Source: Candidatus Bathyarchaeia archaeon | GTDB taxonomy: Archaea > Thermoproteota > Bathyarchaeia > Bathyarchaeales > Bathycorpusculaceae | DNA: 64,000 bases | Assembly: GCA_038883855.1 (NCBI GenBank) | Contig: JAVZLH010000002.1 | Span: 1 to 64,000, forward strand | Reading direction: 5' to 3' | Shown: in pieces, positions 10,793-20,928 of the stretch | Layout: the number at the start of each line of letters is the position of its first letter | Position numbering within the stretch: position 1 is the first letter of the stretch | Program-made: the position numbers and the translations under genes | Notes under the pieces: generated by a model | Seen by the model: the letters and a program-made list of their open reading frames with translations, nothing else | Databases searched by the model: none | What the model was told of the DNA's origin: nothing

Positions 10793-11080
10793 ATGACAGA
10801 AAATAAAGATGTTATCTTCATTGGAAGCAAACCACCGATGGCATATGTTCTAGCAATAATAACAAGCCTTTCAGCAAGCAACGACAAAGAAATAACGTTG
10901 AAAGCACGCGGACAAGCAATTACAACAGCGGTCGACGTAGCCGAAATAGCCCGAAGGCGATTCCTAAAAGACTTGCAAATAAGCAAAATATCCATAGGCA
11001 CAGCGGAAATGCCGCCGAGAGAAGGCGAAAACAAGGCAAGGATGGTTTCAACAATGGAAATAACACTCTCAAAAAAGTAG
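10793..11080 (+). CDS. albA: Alba DNA/RNA-binding protein
   Basis: VIFIGSKP, ITLKARGQAITTAVDVAE and VSTMEITL. Confidence 0.92.
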   Translation: MTENKDVIFIGSKPPMAYVLAIITSLSASNDKEITLKARGQAITTAVDVAEIARRRFLKDLQISKISIGTAEMPPREGENKARMVSTMEITLSKK

Positions 11081-11087
11081 GAAAACA

Positions 11088-11696
11088 ATGCGAAACAAAG
11101 TGTCACACGGCGAATACCTCGCTTTTCTTTCTGTAAAGTATGAAGTTGACCCCGACAGGTTTTTCTACGCGCTAATCTCAGCGAGCGAAAACAAGAAATC
11201 CAAATGTGGAAGCCTTTCAATTGAGTGCCGCGACAAACAAAAGAACAAGGTCACCATTTTGATAACCAAAGGTGCGAAGGTTGTTGCCCAGTTCCCAATA
11301 CCTGAAGAATTTCTATCAAAACAAGGTAATCCAATAAAGGAGTTCAAAAGGAATGTGATACTCCAAAAACACTTAATTCAAAAAAATAATCGACCACGTT
11401 CTTTCCAAATTAGAGACTTGCGAGTAGGGATGAAAAAAATTAATTTAAAGGCTAAGGTTGTTGAAATTGCGAAACCGACGATTGTTTTTACAAAGTTTGG
11501 AAATTATGCCAGCGTAGCCAACGCTTTGATAGCAGACGAGACAGGGACGATTAAGCTATGCTTATGGAACAAACAAATTGACGCTATATCCGTAGGGGAC
11601 GTTGTCCAAATTGAAAACGCGAGCACATCAACATTTAGAGGCGAGAGACAATTAAGAATCGGAAAGAACGGTATTCTGCGTAATATAATACAATGA
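11088..11696 (+). CDS. Single-OB-fold ssDNA-binding protein (SSB/RPA-like) with an extra N-terminal domain
   Basis: C-terminal IRDLRVGMKKINLKAKVVEI...VANALIADETGTIKLCLW...GDVVQIENA..FRGERQL. About 100 aa at the N-terminus are unassigned. Confidence 0.85.
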   Translation: MRNKVSHGEYLAFLSVKYEVDPDRFFYALISASENKKSKCGSLSIECRDKQKNKVTILITKGAKVVAQFPIPEEFLSKQGNPIKEFKRNVILQKHLIQKNNRPRSFQIRDLRVGMKKINLKAKVVEIAKPTIVFTKFGNYASVANALIADETGTIKLCLWNKQIDAISVGDVVQIENASTSTFRGERQLRIGKNGILRNIIQ

Positions 11697-11885
11697 TTTG
11701 CGCTTCCAAACTCGCTCAAAAATAATTATTACTATACTAAACATCAAGTAAGAGTAGGACACCTTTAAATCCGGAGATGGAAAGAAGTAAATTATGACTT
11801 ATGGACTTTTATTGTAAAAAATATTTCGTTGAAAATAAGAAATTAAATAACGGTGAATGTTTAGGTGAGCGGAGGATGTTGCAAA

Positions 11886-13109
11886 ATGGATTTTGAGTTT
11901 ACGCAAGAAGAAAAAATGTTCAGAGACAGTCTTCGAGAACTCTTACAGAAAGAGTTCGCGCCGATTGCGGACGAACGGGACAAAAAAGGTCCCTTTACGA
12001 AGGCGGAAGCAATAGACATAATGAAGAAGTTCAAAAAAGTTGGCGTTGGACTAGACCCTGAAAGCGCAAAGACAGTTTTCGCTGAAGATCCAATAATGTT
12101 TGGAATAATAGCCGAAGAAGTTGGAAAGGTTTGGGTGAGCATACTGCCACTATTGGTAATAAGCAGCATACCAGCAACGTTTATCCCTTTAGCATCTGAG
12201 GAAACACAAGACAGACTACTACCAAAACTTGAACGCGCAGAATTTATTGGGTGCTTTGCCGAAACAGAGCCAGAAGCTGGATGCGACACTTCAAACCTTA
12301 AAACCACGGCAAAATTGGAAGGCGACTACTACATAATTAACGGTAACAAAACATGGATAAGTAACGCATCAATTGCAGATGCAGCCTTAGTCGGCGCCAA
12401 AGACCTAACCACCGGAGCAAATTCCTTCTTCCTCGTAGACCGAGAAGTCTCGCCTTTCGAAACAAATGCACTGCATAAAATAGGCTGGAGGGCATCCCCT
12501 ACAGACGAAATGTTCTTGGTTGACTGCAAAGCTCCAAAAGAAAATGAAATGAATACTATGATGGCTAAGGCCATGTCGGACCCTAAACTGACGGAGCTTC
12601 TGCCACTTTCAAAAGGGATGTTGCGGCTTTTTAGACAGATGTCGCCTTTCACCGCATTTATGACTTTGCCAAGAGCTGGCATGGGCTTAGCGTCGATAGG
12701 AATAGCTGAAGCTGCTTTCGAGGCTTCTGTAAAGTATTCAAAGGAGAGAGTGCAGTTTGGCAAGCCCATCGGCAAATTCCAACTCATCCAAGAAATGCTC
12801 TACAACATGAGTGTTTTAATAGAGACTGGCAGGCTTTTAGGCTACAAAGCCATAGATGCTATTGCAAAGGGCATTCCAGAGGCTAGAAGGCTTTCTTCGA
12901 TGGCTAAAGTGTATGGTGGAGAAGCTGCTGTCAAGGTGACATATGATGCAATACAAATTCACGGTGGCTTAGGGCTTTCAGACGAAATGCCATTGGAAAG
13001 GTACTACAGAGACGCGAGGATGATGACGATTCCAGATGGCACAAGTGAAATAATGAAGTTAATAACAGGCTACACGATATTGGGCAAAGGATTCGCAGCC
13101 TACGCTTAA
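11886..13109 (+). CDS. Acyl-CoA dehydrogenase family protein
   Basis: MDFEFTQEE, ETEPEAGCD, NGNKTWISN, RVQFGKPIGKFQLIQ, QIHGGLG and ERYYRDAR. Confidence 0.93.
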   Translation: MDFEFTQEEKMFRDSLRELLQKEFAPIADERDKKGPFTKAEAIDIMKKFKKVGVGLDPESAKTVFAEDPIMFGIIAEEVGKVWVSILPLLVISSIPATFIPLASEETQDRLLPKLERAEFIGCFAETEPEAGCDTSNLKTTAKLEGDYYIINGNKTWISNASIADAALVGAKDLTTGANSFFLVDREVSPFETNALHKIGWRASPTDEMFLVDCKAPKENEMNTMMAKAMSDPKLTELLPLSKGMLRLFRQMSPFTAFMTLPRAGMGLASIGIAEAAFEASVKYSKERVQFGKPIGKFQLIQEMLYNMSVLIETGRLLGYKAIDAIAKGIPEARRLSSMAKVYGGEAAVKVTYDAIQIHGGLGLSDEMPLERYYRDARMMTIPDGTSEIMKLITGYTILGKGFAAYA

Positions 13110-13117
13110 ACCCTTAA

Positions 13118-13669
13118 TTATCTAAAGATTTTCTTTGCTGCATCTTTGTAAATTTCCAAGTCGCGGCTTGAAAACAACACAAAAACCACTCTTTCAAGTT
13201 TATCCTCTTTTTCCAAAAACTCCTTAACGGTTGATATGGCTACTTGACTTGCTTTTTCAATGGGATATCCATAAGCGCCAGTGCTTATAGATGGAAAGGC
13301 TATGGTCTTTAAACCTTTAGAAACCGCCAATTTTAAGGAGTTACGGTAGGCATCTGCCAACAGTTCTGGTTCGCCGCTTCCACCGCCTCGCCACACTGGT
13401 CCAACAGTGTGAATAACGTATCTCGCCTTTAAGTTGCCTCCAGAAGTAATGACGGCTTTTCCGGTTGGAAGACCGTCGGGATATTCGGTCGCTCTTATTT
13501 TTTTGCATTCTTCGAGGATTTTTGGTCCGCCTTTGCGGTGAATTGCACCATCCACACCTCCTCCACCCATCAAGGTTGGGTTGGCAGCGTTAACTATGAC
13601 GTCTGTTTCTTGTTCTGTTATGTCTCCTTGAACCAGAACAACCTTTGCTTTGCCAACTTGAAACTCCAT
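13118..13669 (-). CDS. Macro-domain O-acetyl-ADP-ribose deacetylase (YmdB-like)
   Basis: GDIT, NAAN..LMGGGGVDGAIH, HTVGP and FPSISTGAYGYP. Confidence 0.93.
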   Translation of the reverse strand: MEFQVGKAKVVLVQGDITEQETDVIVNAANPTLMGGGGVDGAIHRKGGPKILEECKKIRATEYPDGLPTGKAVITSGGNLKARYVIHTVGPVWRGGGSGEPELLADAYRNSLKLAVSKGLKTIAFPSISTGAYGYPIEKASQVAISTVKEFLEKEDKLERVVFVLFSSRDLEIYKDAAKKIFR

Positions 13670-13723
13670 AAGATTTTCCCTTCCTTCCTTTTGTTAAAGA
13701 GGTTTTTCACGTTTAAAATTTTC

Positions 13724-14365
13724 TTAAAGCAAAGCTGAAATAACGAACCAAGCACCGAACCCGATGAAGGTGACGGCGCAAAAGCCAAGTATTATTGCAT
13801 GCACTTTTTCGTTCCAAAACCGTTTAGACTTGAAAACTGTTACGGAGACAACGGTATTCCAAGAGAAGTCGCATAACCAATGTACTATGGCAAATATTGA
13901 AAAACCTATAAAGCCAAATGCGGCAGCGTTCATCACTAAGTCGGTGCCAATTGTTGCCCACCATAAGAGAAAATATGGGTTGCTGCCGGTTGTAATAATT
14001 CCCGCAGCAAGCGAACCATATTTTAGATAAGAACTTTCATTATTGTTTTTTTTCCGAGTTCTGAATAACTGAATACCCATAAATATCAAGATTAAACCTC
14101 CGAAAAAACCAATAATTCTCTGAATCCCCGTTCTCTGCATCTCATCTGAAACAAGAAACTGTGTAAAGCCAAAATAAATCAGAAACATCAAGGGAAACTC
14201 CACAACTCCATGTCCAAGAGATATCAAAACCCCAGCCATCTTATCCCTTAAGGATCGTGCAATTGTCGCAGCGAACAATGGACCTGGAGACATTACTCCG
14301 GACAAAGATAATAAAATCGCCGAGAAAACGAACGTGTAAAAGTCCACGGTTGCTTCCATTTTCAT
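13724..14365 (-). CDS. LysE family transporter
   Basis: SPGP, GHGVVE and NPYFLLWW; about six TM segments. Confidence 0.88.
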   Translation of the reverse strand: MKMEATVDFYTFVFSAILLSLSGVMSPGPLFAATIARSLRDKMAGVLISLGHGVVEFPLMFLIYFGFTQFLVSDEMQRTGIQRIIGFFGGLILIFMGIQLFRTRKKNNNESSYLKYGSLAAGIITTGSNPYFLLWWATIGTDLVMNAAAFGFIGFSIFAIVHWLCDFSWNTVVSVTVFKSKRFWNEKVHAIILGFCAVTFIGFGAWFVISALL

Positions 14366-14826
14366 TCACTTATATCTTTAACTTCGCCGTTCGTTCGTCC
14401 TCTTATTCCGATCGGATTAATCTCAAAAGGCATGTTAATTTGTCCGCCGCCACCGATAACCTTTTCGTATGCCATACTTCTCTCGTCAATGAAAGTTCTA
14501 ATACGCGTTTTATGGGCAACAGGTGGAACAGCACCAGCATCATAACCGGTGAAAACCTTCACTCCAATAGGATTAGCACTTCTAACACTCTTAACTCCGG
14601 CGGCATTAGCAAGCTTTTCTTCACTTACCCTTTTATCACCGGTGACGATTGCAAGTAAAGGCGAACCAGCATCATCCATAAAGATTATGCTCTTTATTAT
14701 CCCTTCAGGAGGCGCGCCAAACTGCTTGACGGCAACGTCAATAGTCACAGTGTGTCCCTTAAACTCGAAAAATTCGATGTCAACTTTCATCCTTTTAAGG
14801 TATTTCTTTAGCTCCTCAGAAAACAT
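14362..14826 (-). CDS. YbaK/EbsC aminoacyl-tRNA deacylase
   Basis: IIKSI, TGYDAGAVPP and GGG motifs. Confidence 0.85.
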   Translation of the reverse strand: MFSEELKKYLKRMKVDIEFFEFKGHTVTIDVAVKQFGAPPEGIIKSIIFMDDAGSPLLAIVTGDKRVSEEKLANAAGVKSVRSANPIGVKVFTGYDAGAVPPVAHKTRIRTFIDERSMAYEKVIGGGGQINMPFEINPIGIRGRTNGEVKDISE

Positions 14827-14849
14827 TTAGCATCAAACACTGATCAGAT

Positions 14850-16001
14850 TCATAGGAGAAGAATTTTATCCTGAGCTGCTTTTAATCCAGCGCCATAAGT
14901 AAATTCGTAGCCAAGCTTTCTCAACGTTGCCTCTATGGCAGCCACTGTTGACATTATATCGTTTTGACCTACATTCCCTACATGGCCAACTCTAAACCCT
15001 TTCCCTTTTATTGGGCCAAGAGTTGACGCAACGATTACTCCCCGATTTTTCATTTCGTTACGGAATTTGTCATCTTCGATTTTTTCCGGATAGTAAACGG
15101 CTGTTACCGTGTCAGAAGCGTATTCTTGGTCTGCCACAAGTTTGAGGTTTAATGCGTTCATGGCTGCCCTTAGAGCTTCGGCTAAAATGTGGTGCCTTTT
15201 AAACCGTTTCTCTAACCCTTCATCAAGCAGCATTTTCAAAGCTTCGTTAAGAGCGTAAATCATGTTCACGGGTGGAGTTGCGAAATACTTTGTTGGGTCT
15301 CTCATAACTGGCAGCCAATTTTTAAGGTTTCCATACCAAAATCCCACTGAACTTTTTCTTTTTTCCAAAAAGTCCAAGACTTTTGGACTTACAGAAAGTA
15401 AAGCCAAGCCCGGTGGAACACCCAAGCATTTTTGCGATCCAGAAGCGCAGATGTCTATGTTCCACTCGTCAACTCGAACTTCTATTCCGCCAAGCGAACA
15501 AACGGTGTCAACTATGTAAATGGCGTCACTATACTTTTTGACGACTTCACCGATTTCCCTGATGGGATTCATTACGCCAGTTGAAGTTTCCACATGTGTA
15601 ACTGTCACGGCCTTAAAATCGCCTTCTTTCAAAGCATCTCTCACTTGTTCGGGTTTTATGGCTTTACCCCAGGGAACTTCTAAAACCCTCGGCTTTGCTC
15701 CATGAATCTTTGCTATTTCAACGAAATAATGCCCGAAAAACCCGGAAACTGTGTTTAAAATTTTGTCTCCTCTCTCGATTATGTTGGCAATGGCCATCTC
15801 CAAAGCCAAAGTTCCAGATCCAGCAATTACAAAAACTTCTCCATTGGTCATAAAAACTTCTTTCAGATTATTCAGAGCTTCTTTAAAGATGTGGGCAAAT
15901 TCTTGACTTGTATGAGAAAGCGACGGTTTACTCAGGGCTCGTAGTACTGATGGGTCTACGTTCGTTGGGCCAGGAATCATGAGAAGTTCTCTTTCTCGCA
16001 T
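14850..16001 (-). CDS. Class V PLP aminotransferase (alanine-glyoxylate/serine-pyruvate type)
   Basis: LLMIPGPT, HVETSTG, VDTVCSLG, SGSQKCLGVPPG and FRVGHVG. Confidence 0.93.
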   Translation of the reverse strand: MRERELLMIPGPTNVDPSVLRALSKPSLSHTSQEFAHIFKEALNNLKEVFMTNGEVFVIAGSGTLALEMAIANIIERGDKILNTVSGFFGHYFVEIAKIHGAKPRVLEVPWGKAIKPEQVRDALKEGDFKAVTVTHVETSTGVMNPIREIGEVVKKYSDAIYIVDTVCSLGGIEVRVDEWNIDICASGSQKCLGVPPGLALLSVSPKVLDFLEKRKSSVGFWYGNLKNWLPVMRDPTKYFATPPVNMIYALNEALKMLLDEGLEKRFKRHHILAEALRAAMNALNLKLVADQEYASDTVTAVYYPEKIEDDKFRNEMKNRGVIVASTLGPIKGKGFRVGHVGNVGQNDIMSTVAAIEATLRKLGYEFTYGAGLKAAQDKILLL

Positions 16002-16129
16002 TTTCTCACACAACCTCGCAGATACAAACAACAAAGTTATATGTTGTTCCCTTTAAATCTTAGGAAGATTACATAGTAAAAAAGCGTCGAAAATTCGGGT
16101 TGTAATGATTACAGAGATGGCAAAAGATG

Positions 16130-16642
16130 CTACATGAACTGTTTTTGCAATTCTATCATGGCTTTGCTGTCATTTGCCTTTGAGTAGCTTTCAAGTCTTT
16201 CTTTGTTAAGTTCTAGAAATGTGTGCCCCCATTTAAAGACCGAAAGAAGCTTACAAGCTTCTTCTTTAAACCCAGCAATGTAGAGAGCTGCTGCTAAAGC
16301 TTCAGCTGTGCTGAGCTTTGTTGGTTTCCCGAAGTTGACCGGGTTTCCAGCTATCAAGTATGGTAAGCATCGTGATGTTCCACGAACACTTTTAAGCAAC
16401 ACCTTTTCAGCATGTTCCCAGCTGAAGTCTAAGGCGGCTAACCCAAATTTCTCTATACGCTGTCTGTCAGCGGGTGAAAAAGTTATTTTAGAAAGGGGGT
16501 TAAGCACTACAGCCCTTCTTGGAATAAACTTGATTTGATGAACCAATCTGACTAAACTGTGACGCTTAAGTTTTAAAGCCGTGCATTTTTTAGGGTCGCA
16601 TTGTCCAGCATGATAGACAACTATGCTAACTGTTTTTTGCAA
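16130..16642 (-). CDS. tsr3: 16S rRNA aminocarboxypropyltransferase Tsr3
   Basis: QCDPKKCTALKL, LPYLIAGNPVNFGKP.KLSTAEA and FKWGHTFLELN. Confidence 0.93.
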   Translation of the reverse strand: MQKTVSIVVYHAGQCDPKKCTALKLKRHSLVRLVHQIKFIPRRAVVLNPLSKITFSPADRQRIEKFGLAALDFSWEHAEKVLLKSVRGTSRCLPYLIAGNPVNFGKPTKLSTAEALAAALYIAGFKEEACKLLSVFKWGHTFLELNKERLESYSKANDSKAMIELQKQFM

Positions 16643-18182
16643 TAGTTTTTCGCACCTTTAAATGGCTCATCGGATCATTCAAAACGTGTGGAATCCATTC
16701 CAAAAGGTCTGTTGCAATCATGTGATAACCTTTTTCCTCCAAAACAAAGTCTCCAGCGGCGCCATTAACAAAAGCGCCAGCAACAGCAGCCTCAAATGGG
16801 TCTGCGCCTTGAGCGAGAAAAGCGCCAACAATTCCCGAGAGCACATCTCCAGTCCCACCAACAGTCATGCCTGGATTTCCAGTGAAGTTAAGTTTGAAGC
16901 GTTTTCCATTAGAAATAATGTCAATTGAGCCCTTTAGCAGTATTGTAGCGCCTAATTCAGCGGCTGTTTTCTGCACCTCCAAAACTTTCTCTTTAAAATT
17001 TTCTGGAAGTCCCTTTCCAGCCAGTATAGCGTATTCCCCCGCGTGAGGAGTTAAAACCGCCGGTACATTCAATTTCCTTTTGAATTCCGCAAAAGCCTTT
17101 AAGCCGTCTGCGTCCAAAAGCAATGGTTTACCAGCGCCTTCGATGATCTCAACTATGGCTTTAACCGCCTCCTTCGTTTCTGTATGCAATCCTAATCCCG
17201 GACCTAGAACCACAGCGCTTACCTTTCCCACATAAGCCTTTAAAATCGGTATATTGCCTGGATTCAAGTGTTCGCCCCAAAGCTTTATGGTGATAAGGTC
17301 AGGCGACATGGCCGAAATGGTGTGGGCAGTTTTTACGGGCGCAGCAACATAAGCCAAATCAGCACCCGTACGGAGGGCTGCCAACGCCACCATAGCTGGA
17401 GCTCCAGAAAAGGTTTCGCTTCCTCCTATAACTAGTAAGCGTCCAAAGTCTCCTTTACGGGATTCGCGAGGACGGGGTTTATTAACAAGTAGAACGTCGC
17501 CTGGTCCGGCGTAATTTTCAAGCTCTTTGGGCAAACCTATGCTTTTTACGACAAGTTCGCCGACGTAGTCCTTAGCTTTTTCAAGTCCCTTTTTTGGTTT
17601 GTGAAATGTTATTGTCAAGTGAGCTTTTACGGCGTTTCCCAAAACTTCTCCAGTGTCTGAGTCTATGCCTGTTGGCACATCTACAGCCACCCGAAAAGCT
17701 CCGAGAGAGTTTATTTTCTCAACTAGATTGGAAATTGGTGGTTTAAGCATCCCTCTAGTGCCTGTTCCAAGAAGGGCATCTACAACTATTTCTGCGTTTA
17801 CCTGTGGTATTAGCGAACTGTCTGAAACCTCGTGGATAACTATACTTTCTTTTAGAGATTGCAGAGCGTTCCAGTTTTCCAAAGCCGCCTTGTGAGAAAT
17901 GTCCTTTCCCTTTCCAGCTAAGATGACGGTTACTTTGAAGTCTAGGGAGGACAGATGTCTTGCAATGACGAAGCCGTCGCCGCCGTTTCCGCCTAAGCCG
18001 CAGAAAATGGCAACTGATTTCTCGGGTTTGAATCTTGAAGCGATTTCTAGGGCTACGTTGTGTCCTGCGTTCTCCATGAGTTGAAGGGGGGAAACTCCAA
18101 AATATTCGGCGTTAATTTCTAAGGCGCGCATTTCTCTGCTTAAAATAAAATCATCTTCACGTTTTTCGCTCAACATACCCAA
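16626..18182 (-). CDS. nnr: Bifunctional NAD(P)H-hydrate epimerase/dehydratase
   Basis: LMENAG, GGNGGDG, VDALLGTG and DVPTG (NnrE part). KGDFG, DADG, TPHAGE and GGTGDVLSG (NnrD part). Confidence 0.93.
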   Translation of the reverse strand: MGMLSEKREDDFILSREMRALEINAEYFGVSPLQLMENAGHNVALEIASRFKPEKSVAIFCGLGGNGGDGFVIARHLSSLDFKVTVILAGKGKDISHKAALENWNALQSLKESIVIHEVSDSSLIPQVNAEIVVDALLGTGTRGMLKPPISNLVEKINSLGAFRVAVDVPTGIDSDTGEVLGNAVKAHLTITFHKPKKGLEKAKDYVGELVVKSIGLPKELENYAGPGDVLLVNKPRPRESRKGDFGRLLVIGGSETFSGAPAMVALAALRTGADLAYVAAPVKTAHTISAMSPDLITIKLWGEHLNPGNIPILKAYVGKVSAVVLGPGLGLHTETKEAVKAIVEIIEGAGKPLLLDADGLKAFAEFKRKLNVPAVLTPHAGEYAILAGKGLPENFKEKVLEVQKTAAELGATILLKGSIDIISNGKRFKLNFTGNPGMTVGGTGDVLSGIVGAFLAQGADPFEAAVAGAFVNGAAGDFVLEEKGYHMIATDLLEWIPHVLNDPMSHLKVRKTIAKNS

Positions 18183-18231
18183 ACCTAAATAAGTATTATC
18201 GGCGAATAAAAGATAAGATTATCCTTCTCTT

Positions 18232-19287
18232 TCACCTAATTAATATCGCGGCCCCGCAGTATTCGCATTGTACAGAAGTCTGTCCCCTGTAAATTTCGCG
18301 TGTATATGGAGCGCCACAGTTAGGACATCGAACAATCGCGATAGAAGGGGTTTCTTTGACCGTTATACCCTTTATTGTGGCGATATCTCTGTCAGCTTCT
18401 CCGCCAATTATGTAGTTAAAGAATCTTGTAATCACGTCAGCTTCCCAGTCCTTCACGTCAAAAGGTGTCTCCTCTATGCTGCGTTCAGGCTTAAAGCGAA
18501 TGTATATTCCGGTCCAGGCGATTAATCCGACTCTTCCCTTGGATATCTCTTGCAATGCGCCGATGGGTTGCTCTATAAGGACTACGCGCTCAAGTTTCTT
18601 TTTTGTGGCTATGAAAAGTTTCTTTTCTAAAATAACTTCTCGTTTCCCTTCAAAAATGAAACGCTGATTAGTGAAATACAGGGTTCCCTCATTTTTTTCA
18701 CCTATCATAATTTTTCCTTCTATAGCTAGGACTGGGTTTTCATTGGGCTTTAATGGGAAGGAGGCTTGAGAAAAGAGTTCAACAGTTTTTTCAGCTATTT
18801 TCAAGTCTCTGTCTATAGCATTGATGCTTAATGTTAATTCGGTTATGGGTGCGCTTACCTTGCTTGCTTCAGAAATCGCTCTCATCTTCAAAGAGGAAGC
18901 GTCAGCTTGAAGGCGGGCTGCCAAAGACTGAGAGTAAAGGATGTTGCCGCGGTCTATTTCAGCGCGTAGTTTTCTTGCTTCCGACTCTAATATGTGAATT
19001 TGCGCTGTTAATGGTTGAACGTTACTAAGAAAAGCTTGCTTAAGAAGCGGGGCGGATTCCATCCACTTCTTTGTTAACAGTTCTATGCTTTTCTCCAAAT
19101 GCCCCATGGCAGCGTACCCGCGTCCACGAACTGTTGTAAGTCTACTTGGAAGCGAACCCATAGCTCCTTCAATATGTGCCAGCTTACTTTCAACATCAGT
19201 TATCGCTGCTAATGCACTTGAAAGCTCAGACTCGATTGAACGAAGTTGAGAATATACAATGTCTCTTTTCCGATTGGTATATGCCAT
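18232..19287 (-). CDS. Hypothetical protein: helical/coiled-coil N-terminus, PH/GRAM-like beta domain and C-terminal zinc ribbon
   Basis: Heptad-rich first ~170 aa, EGTLYFTNQRFIFE, and CPNCGA...CEYCG. Confidence 0.7.
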   Translation of the reverse strand: MAYTNRKRDIVYSQLRSIESELSSALAAITDVESKLAHIEGAMGSLPSRLTTVRGRGYAAMGHLEKSIELLTKKWMESAPLLKQAFLSNVQPLTAQIHILESEARKLRAEIDRGNILYSQSLAARLQADASSLKMRAISEASKVSAPITELTLSINAIDRDLKIAEKTVELFSQASFPLKPNENPVLAIEGKIMIGEKNEGTLYFTNQRFIFEGKREVILEKKLFIATKKKLERVVLIEQPIGALQEISKGRVGLIAWTGIYIRFKPERSIEETPFDVKDWEADVITRFFNYIIGGEADRDIATIKGITVKETPSIAIVRCPNCGAPYTREIYRGQTSVQCEYCGAAILIR

Positions 19288-19439
19288 TATCTAACCTCGA
19301 AACTTTTACATTAAAGTAAAAATCAGTAAACTCAAAGTATTTAAATAAAGTTGCTGGGTAAAAATGTGGAACAAGTCATGGTTTTAGAGTAGCAAAATAT
19401 TTTAACCCATAAGAGTAAACATTAAGTGAGGAGGTTTAT

Positions 19440-19685
19440 ATGCCGACAGCCTTTGTGTTGATTAATACAGAGATAGGTTCAGAAAACGATGTGCTGAAAG
19501 AGTTGAAGAAAGTTGAGGGGGTAGATGAGGCTTTCGCCGTTTACGGCGTTTATGACATCGTTGCCAGAGTTAAAGCGAGCACCATGGATAAGCTTAAAGA
19601 AATTGTGACTTGGCGCATAAGAAGGCTTGACAAGGTTAGGTCAACATTAACAATGATAGTTATTGAGGAAGGAGCCAGCAAATAA
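19440..19685 (+). CDS. Stand-alone Lrp/AsnC ligand-binding (RAM) domain protein
   Basis: AFVLINTE, VYGVYDIVARV and VRSTLTMIV; GAGGAGG SD. Confidence 0.9.
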   Translation: MPTAFVLINTEIGSENDVLKELKKVEGVDEAFAVYGVYDIVARVKASTMDKLKEIVTWRIRRLDKVRSTLTMIVIEEGASK

Positions 19686-19715
19686 AATCCACTCACTTTT
19701 TTAACCTTTACAAGG

Positions 19716-20928
19716 CTACCTGCGAAAAACAATTAATCCTATGATGGCAAATTCTGAAATGGCAACAGTGAAGAAAACTGCTAAAGCCATCAAATAATCA
19801 GCTAGGAGATATGCTATTAAAGCAACCATTGTGGGAATTAACACCATAATAAGCCCAGGGACAAGGACGAGAATGAAAGTGCTTAGTCTCGCATAGACAT
19901 TGTCCAAAGCGAAAGCCTCGCTCCAAAATTTGTCCATCAAAATTTTAAGCTCCAGCATGCTTGCGGATGCAACTGAAAGCGTGTGGATTGCCCCAAAAGT
20001 TAGGATAAAAACAAAATTCTTTTTCAAAAATGCTGCTGGAGCAAAAAGAACAACTAAAGAAAACGTGTATATGACCGTTGTTAATGCCACTTTAGCAAGT
20101 ATTAGTGTCCTCTTTTTAAGTGGGAGGCTCCGTGTGTAGATGGAGGCTAAGCCTTCTATAGAAAGCAGTGTTGGCGGGAGCAAAAGAGGAAAACGCTTGA
20201 GCTATTGAGGCGAATGTTTGGGCGATTTGCACGGCGAAGTTAACTACAAGATAGGCCCCGAACGATGGGAGGATCCAGATAATCAAGAAGATGAATCGTA
20301 AGAGCGCCTTCCACATGGACCTTCCGCCTAAACTGAGAATTCTGGAGTAGAAAAATCTGGCTAGACTTATGGTAAGGGCTAAGGCGAAAATTTCCGTTAC
20401 ACCAACGCTGAGGAAAGAAACTAACCCGCCCAGAAACGAGCCGCTGGAAGCAGCGTATATGATAGGAAAAATTGTTAGCGCGACAATGAGCGGTATGTCA
20501 AATATTCTTATGAAAGAAAGGAAAACCAATTGCGAAATGTCACGTTTTGAAAGGGGAAGAGTGCTTAAAATCTCGGCGATTTTTGAGGAAACAAAGGATG
20601 TTGCAACTTGAAGCCCCATAAAAGCTATTAGAAACAGCAATATGGCGAGAAAGGCTGTGACGCCGCCGGCTACTACCAGTTCCTTAGAGGTTTCTGTTGG
20701 TCCCGTTATAGTAGTTGTGGAAAGAAAAAACGAAAAGCCAAAAGCGGCTATGAAAATTGTTGTTAGAATTTTGCTGATTAAAGTGTTCACTTCAGCGTTT
20801 TTAACAAGGCGTTCAATGTCGCTTTCTTTTCGGGGAAGAATTGCGCCAGTGCGGAGAGAGAAAATTGACTGAAAAGAAACTTCCTTATATACTGTGTGAG
20901 ATAGTCGCCACAACTCGGTAATCTTCAC
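19716..20928 (-). pseudogene. ABC transporter permease, split by a frameshift or deletion near 20180
   Basis: Two overlapping hydrophobic ORFs (20116-20928 and 19716-20183), each with an L-x-x-LPL motif, coupled to the upstream ABC ATPase. Confidence 0.7.
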
